Shown one piece after another: positions 1 to 12,594 of a stretch of DNA of 64,000 nt. A program made the position numbers and the translations under genes. How positions within the stretch are numbered: position 1 is the first letter of the stretch; every line of letters begins with the position of its first letter. Origin of the DNA: Camelus ferus (taxonomy: Eukaryota); assembly GCF_009834535.1 (NCBI RefSeq), contig NC_045697.1, positions 63,056,001 through 63,120,000 of the forward strand. Reading direction: 5' to 3'. Under the pieces are notes generated by a model, which saw only the letters and a program-made list of their open reading frames with translations, was not told the origin of the DNA and did not search any database.

Positions 1-75
1 ATTGTATAAATACACCACAACTTCTTTATCCATCATCTGTTGATGGACATTTAGGTTGCTTCCATGTCTTGGCTA
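1..75 (-). mobile_element. L1 ORF2 C-terminal fragment (continues off the left edge)
   Basis: The reverse complement matches the L1 ORF2 end region (AKTWKQPKCPSTD.WIKKLWCIYT). Confidence 0.8.
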
Positions 76-83
76 AATTCAAT

Positions 84-740
84 TAAATTCAACACCCATT
101 TATGATAGAGTCTTACCAAAATGGGTATAGAGGGAACATATCTCGACATAATAAAAGCTATTTATGACAAATCCACATCCAGCATAGATAATACTCAATG
201 GTGAAAAACTGAAAGCCTTCCCACTAAAATCTGGAACAAGACAAGGATGCCCACTCTCACCACTTCTTTTCAAAATAGTTTTGAAAGTCCTAGCCACAGC
301 AATTAAGGAAGAAAAAGAAATAAAAGGGATCCAAATTGGAAGAGAAGAGGTAAAATTGTCACTATATGTGGATGACATTATGCTATATGTAGAAAACCCT
401 AAAAGCTCCACACAAAAACTATTAGAACTATAAAATAATTTGGCAAGGTAGCAGGATACAAGACTAACATACAGAAATCAATTTCATTTATTTACACTAA
501 CAATGAAATATCAGGAAAAGAAAATAAAGAAACAATCCCTTTTAAAATTGCATCCAAAAGAATAAAATACTTAGGAATAAATCTGACTAAGGAGGTGAAA
601 GACTTATACATGGAGAACTACAAAACATTGATTAAGGAAATTAAAGATGACTTAAAGAAATGGAAAGATATCCCATGATCTTGGATTGGAAGAATCAATA
701 TTGTTAAAATTGCCATATTGCACAAGGCAATCTACAGATT
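84..740 (+). mobile_element. L1 ORF2 reverse-transcriptase fragment (inverted part of the element at 1-75)
   Basis: Degenerate translation gives L1 RT motifs: [71 protein letters not shown]. It contains frameshifts. Confidence 0.92.
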
Positions 741-1075
741 TATTTGTTTTATAACTGGAAGTTTGTACCTTTTTACTGCCTTCATCCAATTCCTCCTCTC
801 CCTACCCTCCATTTCTGGCAACCACAAATCTGATCACTTTTTATATGATTTTGTTTGTTGGAATATCATTGATCTACACTATGCTAGTTCCTGTTAAGCA
901 ACATAGTGCTTTCATATTTATATGCACTTCAAAATGATCACAGTAAGTCTAATTATCGTCTGTCACCATACAAAGATGTGGCTTATTAGTCACTTTCCCC
1001 ATTCTGTACCTTTCATACCCACAACTCATTTATTTTCCAACTGGAAACTTGCACCTCAATCTCCCTCACCTGTTT
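741..1075 (-). mobile_element. Older L1 3'UTR fragment
   Basis: Contains ataactggaagtttgtacct...ctggcaaccacaaatctgatc, typical of antisense laurasiatherian L1 3'UTR. Confidence 0.65.
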
Positions 1076-2992
1076 CGTTTGCTTTTGTGTTTCATTAATT
1101 AAGAAAATGGAGATTGGTTATTACTTAAACACGTACATTTCAGACAGAATGAGCTTCTTGATGTGTCAAATGTATGGATTTATAGAATGAATTTGCATTC
1201 AGAACTTTTTTCCAGTATATTGCATGAGGAATATAATTTTATTTAAAAATGTAAATATGTGATTTATGAAACATCACAAAGGAATGTATTTATACATTTA
1301 AGGTTATCATAACACATACATGTTAGGATGTTTCTGTACGTGTATAATATACATTTTTTATTTTTAATTGATTTTTTAATTTTAAAATTAGAATTAAAAA
1401 AAAGTATGTTAGTATATGAAAAACAACCTAACAATGTCATTCTATTTAAACGTCATATGTAGATGTGTGTTTTGTTATGTTCTGAGCTACCTGCCAGCAT
1501 ATGTTGTAAAGAACTCTATGGATAAAATAAAGATCAGGAAGTAGTACAGAGAGAAATAAAATTTAGTTGCCTTATATTTCCTATCCTCCTCATTTTTTAG
1601 TTTTTAGCAAGAATTTATGCCTCTTGCATGAAGATACTAATGTAGTTAATGTTCTAATGTAGTTAAAATTATAGAAGAGCTTTTAAAACTTTATAGGATG
1701 ACAAATGGCATTGATAAATATACTTTTATGAGTAAGATTCTCTTTATTGTTTGCACTTAATGTTCTTGTTTTGTTTTAACAGTATGTATAAGAAATTTTT
1801 TAGCTTTTTCTAGATAATTTTTCACCCTTTATACTCTAAACCTGTTTAGGCAAGTGAGGTTTGCAAGTGGTTGAATTCAGAGTTTACACTGGAACAGACT
1901 GGTGGGAATACTTCTCAATAGCTTTTTCAAGAAAGTATTAACTACTTTATTACACAGATTGCAGTCATTTTTATCTTTACTATACACAACCATAGAAAAC
2001 GTTAGTTTGTGAATTCTTGGAAGATTAAAACAAAACAAAACAATGATCTGGAAAACAATTCATTAAAACTGGGGACTTAGAGAGTTTATGGAAATGGAAA
2101 TGCTACCAAATGCTACTACAGAGTGGCATTTTTTTTAATGTCTGAATTTATTAACCTGTGAATGGAGAACTTTTAAATTGAAAATAATGACAGCACCTTA
2201 ATTATGGTGATATTATTGAAAGCCTACTACTGCAATAATAGATGCATTTTCAGTTTCCAGAGCTATGGCAGCTGTCAAACACCAACATTTTTCCTTGAGA
2301 ATAGGTTTGGTGTAATGTTTTTCAAGGACAAGTTGCTCAGCTATTGTCTCTGAGCACTGCTAGTTAATATTCAACAGTTTTCTTAATCAAAATTGTGTGT
2401 CCTGCTCCCTAGAGTGTTTGTTAAAGTGATTGTATGTTTATCAGAGCCTTCAACAGCAGAAACAGCGTATTTCTAGACAAGGTGCTGGTAATGAGAACCT
2501 ATATTATCCCAGGGTGCTGATAAGAAATGGAGAAATGCTGTCAAAATCATTGTTTGTAAAAAAAAAAAAAAATACTATAGCTCAAAAAGTCAAACCTTTC
2601 TTTGAAGTCCTTGTACTTTCTATAACTTCAATTGTTTATCTAGGATAATGGGGCAGCAGGAATATGGTGATATCCTACTACAAACTCCAGGAATGGCATG
2701 CCAGTGATCAAATAGTCCTGGGGTCTATTAATCATTGCTTCTGTTGGATGGCTGATTAAGGTTCTTCACAACATGTTTCCTCTAGATTACAGAAAGTTCT
2801 TAATGAAGTAAAGCTTGCAGGGCATTAGAGAGCTCAGTCTGGCATTCTACAAATGGTATTGAAAGGTCATGTGGGGATAACAAGCTTTGCCAAAAGTAGA
2901 ATAATGCAACACCTAACATTTTCCATGAAATACTGTATCTAAGTTGCAGGTTTTGTTACTGCTTTTTTTTTTAACCTCAAATTATTTTCTAT

Positions 2993-3020
2993 ACACACAC
3001 ACACACACACACTCTCTCTC
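2993..3020. repeat. Compound (CA)n(CT)n microsatellite
   Basis: Seen directly. Confidence 0.9.
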
Positions 3021-3313
3021 CCCTCCAAATAATCAAAGAATCAGATACATTGTTTGAAACAAAAATGTTTTCTATAATACTGAAAAGAACATTTGTTTTG
3101 TATTTCATTTGTTTTGTCTCTATGAGGAATGAAGTTTGCAAACAGTTCATTTTCATTATTATGTTGGTGGATTTTCCTCTAGAATCAGAATATTCAATAA
3201 TGAAAACACACTTTTGGCCATTGTTTCACAATAAAAAGCACACTTTGGACATTAATTAGGAAACAATGCACGTACAATTCATAGGAGTTAATCTTCGTAA
3301 ATAACAATCTTTT

Positions 3314-3457
3314 AAAAAAATTTTTTTTGGGGGGAGGTAATTAGGTTTTTAAAAAATTAATTAATTAATTAGTTAATTAATGGAGGTACTGGGTATTGAA
3401 CCCAGGACCTCGTGCATGCTAAACAGCATCTCTACCATTGAGCTATCCCCTCCCCCT
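3314..3457 (-). mobile_element. tRNA-derived SINE, camelid Vic-1-like
   Basis: The reverse complement reads GGGGAGGGGATAGCTCAATGGTAGAG...GCATGCACGAGGTCCTGGGTTCAATACCCAGTACCTCC with Pol III A and B boxes, followed by an AT-rich tail. A perfect 16-bp TSD TAAATAACAATCTTTT lies at 3298-3313 and 3458-3473. Confidence 0.9.
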
Positions 3458-3792
3458 TAAATAACAATCTTTTTGAAGGCTACAACTAGGGATTTTGATG
3501 ACCTAAGTGATACTGAGACATGTGCTGCACTTTATGCATTGATCTTTGACATCGAAAGATGGTCACATTAATGTAAAAAACGATTGCTGCTGCATATTTG
3601 AAACTTAAGCCACACTATTTGCTGATATTCAGAATAACTCATTTATTTGGTATTGTTATGTATTGTCAATTAATTTCTAATTTCTTGAATAAATTGATCA
3701 ATTTCATATTTTTATTTACTTCTTATGTGTAGCTTATAATTATTTCAAAATATGAATCACAGATTAATTTGATACCAGGTTTTGGTAGAATT

Positions 3793-4608
3793 GTGTATCA
3801 GTCCAGTTAGGAGATAGAAACCACAGAAGGTAAGGAAGCTTAATATATAAAATTATTAAGTTGTGACAACAAGAAATTGACACAACATTGTAAACTGACT
3901 ATACTTCAATAAAAAAAGTAAAAAAAAAGAAAAAAGAAAAATGAATACCTAAAAAAAATTGTGATGACAGAGTAACTATGAAATACAGGGAAACTTCTGT
4001 AATATTCTAGAGCCAAGGGAGTATACCAAGGAGAGGACAAACTTAGGAGGTGTTCAGATCTTTGGAGAAAAGATATAATTCATCCCATTGGTTAGCAGAG
4101 AAATTCAGGGATTTGGCCATGCATCCAGAGGTGGTCTGCAGTTGCTGCACAAGCTGGCGGCAGAGAGAGCAGGAGGGGCACTGGCAGTCAAACATGCGAC
4201 AATCAAAGGGTGTGGGCATCCTCCAGGCTGCTTCGTGGGCAGAGTGAGGGGCCTGCAGAGGGACCACGAGAGGTTCAGACAGGCATCACCCAGGCCTGCA
4301 TAGACAATTCTGGCACTGATACAGATTGCAAGATTGGCAAGGAATCATACATTCTGGGCACCATGCATAGCTGGGGTAGAGCTCCACTGAATGTCTTAAC
4401 ATCTACACCAAAACCAGTGATCCCCCCCAAACCCCCAAATCCAGTAGCAGAAACCTTGGGAGGACCCCTTCTTCCTGCAGTGTCTGTCCAGCATACATCA
4501 TGCTCATTGTAAAGAAGAAATGCTTAAATGAATTCCACCTATGATCATAAAGCTTGCATTTATTGAAGATTGCATTAGAGCTGGAAGGCAATTAATTCAT
4601 AACTGGCA
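3793..4608 (-). mobile_element. ERVL-type solo LTR (LTR33/LTR41-like)
   Basis: The reverse complement starts tatgccagttatgaattaattgccttccagctc..., resembling the recalled LTR33/41 5' end. The GC-richer body explains the cluster of short ORFs at 4043-4591. Confidence 0.6.
3872..3955 (+). mobile_element. Extremely 5'-truncated L1 3' tail inserted in the LTR
   Basis: Reads agaaattgacacaacattgtaaactgactatacttcaataaa plus an A-rich tail. A degenerate 14-bp TSD lies at 3858-3871 and 3956-3969. Confidence 0.8.
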
Positions 4609-7474
4609 TATGTTGTATCACATTTTGATGCTTTGTAGTTAGTGTTACAGCAAAAACAGCAATTCCCTTTGCCTTAAGGATGTCATGTTCTTTACAGGTG
4701 CCCTAATTTTAGCCCCTTGTACTTGTCTATCCTGATGAGTTATATTATCTTTGTTTTCAATAGCTGAGAGCTTAGGACTGTGCTTCCATTTCACTGTATC
4801 TTGTATACACACCACCCATAGGTCTCTGCAGTGAGATAGAAGCCTGTCTATATACGGCACTGTATGTTTACCCAAATTCTTTAGATGAAGTGTTTGAGCA
4901 ACCACAGTGGAAAGAACTCAGAGAGTTTCAGTAAACTCTATTCTAATTTGAGCCATTTGGATCTCTTTTATAAGCTGGTGAGGAAACTATTTACCCCTAA
5001 AGGCTGAGCTAGAAATAGCACGCAGTTCATTTGGCAAAGCTAAAGAGCAATATTGATTTTGAGGAACTGAGGAGCATGCAATGCATAGATCAATTTGTTA
5101 CTAGGCAGTCATTCTTTTCCCTGCTATTCATACAACCGTTATTGTTGTTTAGGTGAGAAAAAGTTAGTGTTAGTGACTGCTTCCTGGTGTTCTAAAGGTG
5201 CTATCATTTGCATTCATATTCATATACTGTTGTAATCATGTAACAATGAGCTGTCAACTACTATGTATATGTGAGAGACAGGTATATAGGTGTACAAGTG
5301 TCAATAAGGTGTTTAAAAAGATATATGCTGATTAATAATTTTTGGATAAAACTGGTTTATTATGAACCATAGTAACAGCATGTGCTAACTCACTCACAAT
5401 ATATCTATTTTTTGCTTTAATGTAGGAATTACCACTGGCAAGTAAACTTTTTTTCTAGCACCCAGGACATAGAACAAGTTTGTTATAAAATGATTTGTTC
5501 TTTCTTGGGTTAAAGGACAAAAAGCCTTTGATGGAAATACTATAATTGTTTTGGCAGTTTGCTTTGGATTTTTAATCTTTCCTCAGGGTGCTTTTTCTAC
5601 CTCCTTTAGGTGAAAGAATGAGGGAGAAGAGGTTATTTTATTATACATGTTAAAAATTCCAACATGAATAAATCCAACAGATAAATTGCTTACACTTACA
5701 GTTTCTGGAATGTTGCAGGAACATGAGAATTGAGAAACTAACACTTAAGTAAAAATGGTTTATTTGTAGTATGGAAAATAGGTGATGCTATAAAAACCAT
5801 TATGATCCACATCTATAAAGTGAGTAAATGGAATGATTATAGGAGAAGAAATATGCTTTGATGTAAAACCATTTCCTAAAATCTTCTAACATTAAGATAA
5901 ATTCTACTTAACCTAAATTTAATGCATGATAATAAGGTCTGTGAATGAACCCATCTCCATTTACTGAAAATTAACAAAATATTACATGTTATAGCAGATG
6001 TAGGAGTAAAATGTTACTGCTCCCAACTTTAATGAACTTAAAATCTTTAGCTTTTCAATTGTAGATATTTTGTCTGTTTCTGCCACAGTACCAAGAACTG
6101 TGCAAAATATTTGGCTCAAAAATAGATAACTCATTTAGAACAAAAAACAGTAAAAAAAAAAAAAGAGATAAAAGGATGGATAAGAAGATGGGGCTAATAC
6201 ATGATATAGTAGGTTATCAATTAACAGATATTCCAAAAATGCATCATTTCCATGGCTCTGTGAACATTAAGCTTGAAAGCCATAAATTTATTTTTTCCTT
6301 TGGTTATAAAGGGTAGAAAGTAATTATAGATAGCATTTATTGAGTGTACTCTAGTACAAGATGGATACGTACAGAACTGATTGTCTTTACCAATCCTATA
6401 CTAGTCCTCTAAGATACATGTTATTTAGGACCTCTTAGTTTTAAATGGAAGTTCAGGCACATCAGGAGAACCACACATGGTCATATTGCTAAAAGGGTGA
6501 ACAGAGATAACAGTTCTGGATGGCACATCCCCAAGCGCAGGCCCATTCCACTACACGGTTTGGCTTCTAAAAGATAAAAATAATTAAAGTATTTGGCTCT
6601 TTAGCTGTTAAGGACTCGATAATTTTAATAACTTGATAATTTTCAAATTCAGCTGGTAATTTCTATTAGATTTGTAGTCCCTCAGCTTTTACTTCTATTT
6701 CCCCTAATATACATACATAGATGAAAACTGAAATGTGATATGAATGAGCAAGGTGAATATATTATAATTTTAAAAAATCATTTCTTTCTTACATCTGGGA
6801 ACCTTCTTTTTCCTTTTGAGGCTTTTACTGGTATTTTCGTGTTCCCCCTATGGCTCACATAACAAAAACTGTGTTGATTTCATCTTTGTGGCTTATTTTA
6901 TAGATTCTTATTTCTCTAACATTGTTTCTTAAATATTATAGTAATGGAAATAATAATTTTCACCATAGTGAATTATTAAAGTTCCTTTTTGTTTTCTGTC
7001 ATACCATTATACCAATAAATATATTGAATATTTCTAGGTTTATTTCTTACCTCACCAATTAGAAAGCAAGCTACTTAAAGGTTGTATCACTATATTCTCT
7101 TAATGAGGAAGAGGCTGTACACAGGTATTTATATAATAAATATTGTAGATTAAACAGTTGATTATTCTGACGGGGAGAGAATTATGAAATTGGGTTTTGC
7201 TAATTGTAGCAAGATGTTTGATAGATTCACAGTTTCTGAACTTCTTGGCAGGATTAGTCCATCATGATATTATGTACACTTTATAAGTTTAGAATAAGAA
7301 TTGTTGCATTTTCATTAGTAAAAGCCCTGATTAATGGTCCAGCATTAGAAATATTCATTATGTTTTTTTACAGTGAGGTGGTGTGGTATAATCGGGAAGG
7401 GGTTAAATGCCTTTCAGAAAGATTCAGAAACATGTCTGAGTTCTTAAATTGCTTAGAAATGTACTTAGAGGCAT

Positions 7475-7690
7475 CATGACTGAGTGGACAGAGAATGCAC
7501 TTTAGGGTTACATGACTTGGGTTTGAATTCCAGCTCTATCATTAGCCCTATGAATTTAGCCAAGTTGAGTAATCTCACTAAACCATGTTTCTTTGCCTAC
7601 AAAATACAAATAATCACATCTCTCATGTAAGGTTTTTGTGAGGATTAACTAGAATAATAAATGAAAAGTATCTGGAACGAAGAAGGTGCT
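7475..7690 (+). mobile_element. MIR SINE
   Basis: The MIR core is recognisable: gggtttgaattccagctct...tgtgaggattaa. Confidence 0.75.
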
Positions 7691-9034
7691 GAAACCTAGT
7701 TTAGCTACTTTCAATATTAAATATCAAAGTCTGTTTGATGCAGATTATTTGATGTACTGGAGATTATTTATATTCTGAATACTGGGAGGAGAAAATCAAG
7801 GGGATTCAAAATATCACAAAAAGTCTGCTTGTTCCCTAGTTTGGCTATTTAAAACTGTGAATAGCATTTTAAAAACATTTTAAATTCTGTTTTTAAGATA
7901 AACCTGTGCGGTGGCTTTCAGTTCTTGAGAAAATTTAGCCTGATGTTATTTTCGGCTCTTCCATGAGGTAATCAGTCTCTTCATCTGAAAGAGTTAAGCT
8001 GCTGGTAGCTGACCTTTCTCTAAGCTAATAGGTGTGTTAGGATCGTTAATCGGCTTCCTTTTAGTTTCCATCTCATAAGTCACAGAGTACAGGAAAAAGA
8101 CATTCTTTGGTGGGTTGCGTTTATTACTTGCTCCTATAACAGCCCATTGTTAGTTGAGAATTAGCTGTAGCGTTTTAGTTCCTACATATTGTAAAAATCA
8201 GACCAGTTATGCAAAAATGAGCATGATGCTTCAAGGTAACATTTGTGTTAATTTCCACATGAGTATATCGATCTACATGTGAAGAATTTTTAGTTGAAAT
8301 AGTTGTTTAGTGGTACAGATTTTGACCCTGTTACTGAACTCCTTCAGGCCAACTTCACACACACTCTCTTCCACCTTCTGGTGTTTGTAAAATGGTCAAT
8401 TGCAGTGATTATGTTCAGCTTTGAAATGCTAGGCTTATCTATCTAATTAAGATGTCCCAGAACACCTTATAAAATATTTGTAACTGGAAAGACTCTAGTA
8501 ACCTAGGAAAATTGAACAGAATAGGTAGCTTTCCTTTTTTTCTTCTTTGAGAATAAATATAAACAGAGATTATAGAGAAGGTCATTAATATTGTTCTCTA
8601 AATATTAAATCATCCTTAAATAGTTATCCCTCTCACAGGCGGGAGCATTATTATTTACTGGGATTACAAACCAATTGATCATCTGACATCCTGTGGGTTG
8701 ATAAAGGAATGGAAAAAGCTTTTTTTAAGCACCAGCATGTTCGTAGTTGCATTTCACACTTGAGAGTTTTGATTTTCAACACTTTTTGTATTTAAAAATA
8801 ATGTGTTTATGTGTTCATCTTAACATGAGGAAGTTAAAGTCTCAGACAAGTCAAACTTTTTTCTAGGTCGTACAATTTAAAATTTACAAATGAAATTTCA
8901 ATCCAGCTTAAGTCTGATGTCAGATCCTAATCTTTGCTGCCATGTGCCTTTGTTCCTGAACTTCATTATAATTGTAAGTGCCTTGCTGACTAAAATACAA
9001 ATAAATATGTTTGTCTTGATCTCAATAAAAAGTT

Positions 9035-10200
9035 ATTCATTTCTGTAATATTGAGTCTCCACTGGTACTTAGTGTTCTAGTCACTAAGGATTCAGCAGTG
9101 AACAACATGGACTCAATCCCTGCTTTCAGGAAGATTATTTTCTAGTTGGGAAAGACACCAGTAATCAGTTGGGAAAACAAGCAAGGGAAATACCGGGTAG
9201 TGATAAGTCCTACGGCAGAAAATTGAAATGAGGTGATGTGGCTGAGTGACTGAGCAGCCTCTTTGGATTGGATAGTCAGGGAAGGTCTCCTATGAAGCTG
9301 ATATTTAAAATAGGTTTTATGAGTATATGTCATTTATATGCATAACTGGGACATTGTGCTGTACACTAGAAATTGACACACTGTAACTGATGGTACAATC
9401 AAATAAAAACAAAAAACGAAAAACAAACAGGTTTTATTGGCTAAAAAGGGTCAGTCACATGACAGCTAAGAGTGGAGGAGGGGTTGTTAATCATGGCAAA
9501 GGACCTAAATATCCCTGGTAGTAATGGCAGAGTAGTGGGTGATGAGGATAGAAGTCAGGCCTAGGTCAGATTTCATAAGGGGTATAGAATTTAGGTAGAA
9601 GCCACTATATGGTTTTAATCAGAAAATGGACACAAAGGTAACTCTTGTAGGTCTGTGGAGTATGATTGTGGGGGCAAGAATGGAAGTAGAGATCCCAGAG
9701 AGATGTGTGCTATTGCCAAACTAGAGGTAAAGCCATGTGGCTTTGACTGCAGTGGGTTGGATGTGGGTGGTAAATAAAAAGAGGAATCCTGGAGAGCCCC
9801 ACTGAATGTTTTTAGTATGTTTGTGGATGATGGGGGGAGTTTATTGAGAAGGAGGAACAGATTTGATGGAGAGAGTGAGAAATTCCGGGCTTATTAGAGT
9901 TAAATTTAAATATTAATTTGATCCATGTGAAATTGTTTATATTTAATTTCTGACCATCAAGAATAGTAATTTCATATAGTTCAACCTGGTACCTACTAGA
10001 CATTCTTGCAGAGATATTAAATAGGCCATTGTACATATAAGTCTGAAGTACCAGGAGGCAATCTGGGATGAATACATAGATTAGAAAGTCATCACTATGG
10101 GAACAGATGAGGTAAAAATGGAGGGTGTAGATAAAGCAAAGAATAGGTCCAGGATAATCCAAAGTGGAGGCAAAATGAATTGTGTGGGTTGGCAAGATGT
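9035..10200 (-). mobile_element. L2 LINE 3' region
   Basis: Antisense L2 hallmarks: ggattcagcagtgaacaa, ccctgctttcaggaag, gtcagggaaggtctcc, ataggccattgtacatataagtctgaagt. Confidence 0.7.
9321..9424 (+). mobile_element. Short L1 3' tail inserted into L2
   Basis: Reads tgtgctgtacactagaaattgacacactgtaactga plus an A-rich tail. The TSD aaa(t/c)aggttttat lies at 9308-9320 and 9425-9437. Confidence 0.8.
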
Positions 10201-12594
10201 GGAAAGGTACTAGTGAGCTCCGTATTGTTGCCTCTTTGCTATTACCTGACCCTCATCACTTGTGTGTATTTTTGTTGGTATCTGAATGTGAGAATTAACC
10301 TCTATTTGCCTACACATTTTGCATCCTATTAATTAAGTGAGCCCTAGGCTAGATCGAAGGTTTTTTTTTTTTTAATTTTTAAAAATTTTAAATAAGATTC
10401 ATGTGTGTATGGTACAATAGAGTCTGAGGGATAAACAGATGGTGGAGGTGATAAGTGGAACTTTCATAGCCAAAATGGTTCTCTCTTGCTCTTATTTTTT
10501 GCCAAGAATATAGCTGTCCAAGTTGTTGTCAGCATTCATGTGTATACACACACATGCACAGATCATCAAAAACGTGGGTCAGGATTCAATAAAACTTCTG
10601 ACTTTTTCTTGTAGAACAGATAGTGTATTGGGGGCATTAAAAAAAGTATCAATGCATCATTCATCAGGGTTAGAAACTGAAAGAATATACTGGATTTGGA
10701 AAACACTTTTATGAGCCAGTTTTGGATTTACATATAAATGTTTTAACTATATGTTACCAGAGTTATCAAAATTTGTATGTGCCTTTGAAAACAATGGGCA
10801 AGAAAGTGCTATATAATTTTGAAATAGTACAGAGTTGAAGAAGGTTAAAGCACCTAGTTGTAGCTGTTGATACATACTGGTTACTATCTGAATAATAATT
10901 CACCATAATCTCATGGAAAATATAGATAGAAAATTAACTTGGAAAAGGTATTGAAGAAAAAACTTGCTATGAGAAACAGAGTGCTCTGCATACTAAAGTG
11001 ACCAACACTTTTCACAACATCAGATTTTATTTTATAATTTTGCATAGAAATATTAAGTATAATTTTGCATAGAATTAAACTCTTTGTTGTAAAAATCAGA
11101 TTCTAACTTGAAAAATAACTAAAAATATAGATAGTTTCAAATTTGTATTACTACTTCTCCAGATTTATGGTAAATTTTGAAAACATCTCTTTTTATCCCA
11201 AGATAGAATGGAAGTGACTGTCTTAGCAAAATGTAAATATAGACTAAAAAACCATAAAATTATGACTATATAATAAATACATGACATATTTATAGAGAGA
11301 TATCTGGGTTACTAAAGATACTAAGAGTGTTACACAGTTACTTTCACATATAGTCATTTTCATATATATGAAGTGGATTTATAATATTTGTATATATGTA
11401 TGGGATCTCTTTTCTCCTTTCATTTTGAAACCATTTGGTTCCTATTTTTGTTTTGCTTGATTTAAAGGAAAGCAAATTTGATTTGATTTTTAAAATGAAG
11501 CAGTTTCTCATCATGTATTAAAGTATATCACTTACTATAAAATTTCCAATACTGCCAACATAGCTTTTTAGGTAAAAAAAAAGAAAAAAATAACAGAGAA
11601 AACAAAATTTTTAAAATTACTTTGATTGACTACATCTGCAAAATGAAAAACTGGCAGGGGTTGTATATTATGTTATAACTTAGTTTGAATAAATCAGCAA
11701 ACATATTTAGTTGTGTCATTGATGATTAGATTTATAGGGCTCAGAGTTCTTCTGTGTGTGTTGAAAGTGAAAAATATGGTAAATTGGTGAATGGACTTTA
11801 GAAAGCTACATATAACACTGGCAGAAAGACATTGTCTTTTGCACACCATTATTTTCCTGGGCCTGACACGTAATAGATCCTTAATAAATATGTATTGAAT
11901 GAATGAATGTACTACTTTACAGGGGTCAAAGATGAAAAATCTGAGCATAAACAAACAATTCTTAATGGTAACTTCACAAAAAATGGATTCTTCATGTCAC
12001 TTGACTATTTGATTCCTGCTTCTTAACTGGGCTTTGCTTTGCTGGTCCTGCACTACAGATTTTACCTCAGAATCATTATACAGTTGGTAATTTACTGATC
12101 AGTAAGCAGAGAACTTAAAAACCTCGGGCATTTAACACTAATCTTCTGTTCCAGTCCTTACTTAACTCCAGGGGATGTGTTGCCATTAAATACCCCGTGA
12201 CCCTCCGGTCTCACTCTGCTGGATCTTGTATTCTACCTGGATCTGGCTGGTAGTAGATACAGATAAACTCTTTGCTTACTATTGTCTGACGTATTTGTAG
12301 AACATTTAAATTTTTAGTTACTTTTCTTGAGCTCCAGACTGTGGTACACATCTAAGTTACTCTTCTAGGAGAATAAAACATCATTCTGTGGAAAAGACAT
12401 AATGAACTTCTTTCTTATTCCTCATAATAAGATAGTCTTATTTCACAGCCTATGTGAGTCACGTAACCCATCAGGGAAATAGAGGAAAGCTTAGTGGGAA
12501 AGTTGATCTTTATAACAATTGAATCTTCCTGCTAGTCATGCTCAATAGGGAAAGCACACCACTAATGTGTGTCTGTGTCTGTGTGTCTGTGTAT

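Noticed and set aside
100..411. 103-aa minus-strand ORF and similar ORFs at 19684-20722, 36281-36590 and 56407-57363
   Set aside because: These are antisense translations of L1 ORF2 remnants.
3380..3457. tRNA-like sequence (also 60460-60534)
   Set aside because: It has an AT-rich tail and a TSD, so it is a SINE head and not a tRNA gene.
4043..4591. Cluster of five overlapping 60-100-aa ORFs
   Set aside because: They lie in a GC-richer LTR fossil, have no recognisable protein similarity and show no exon structure.
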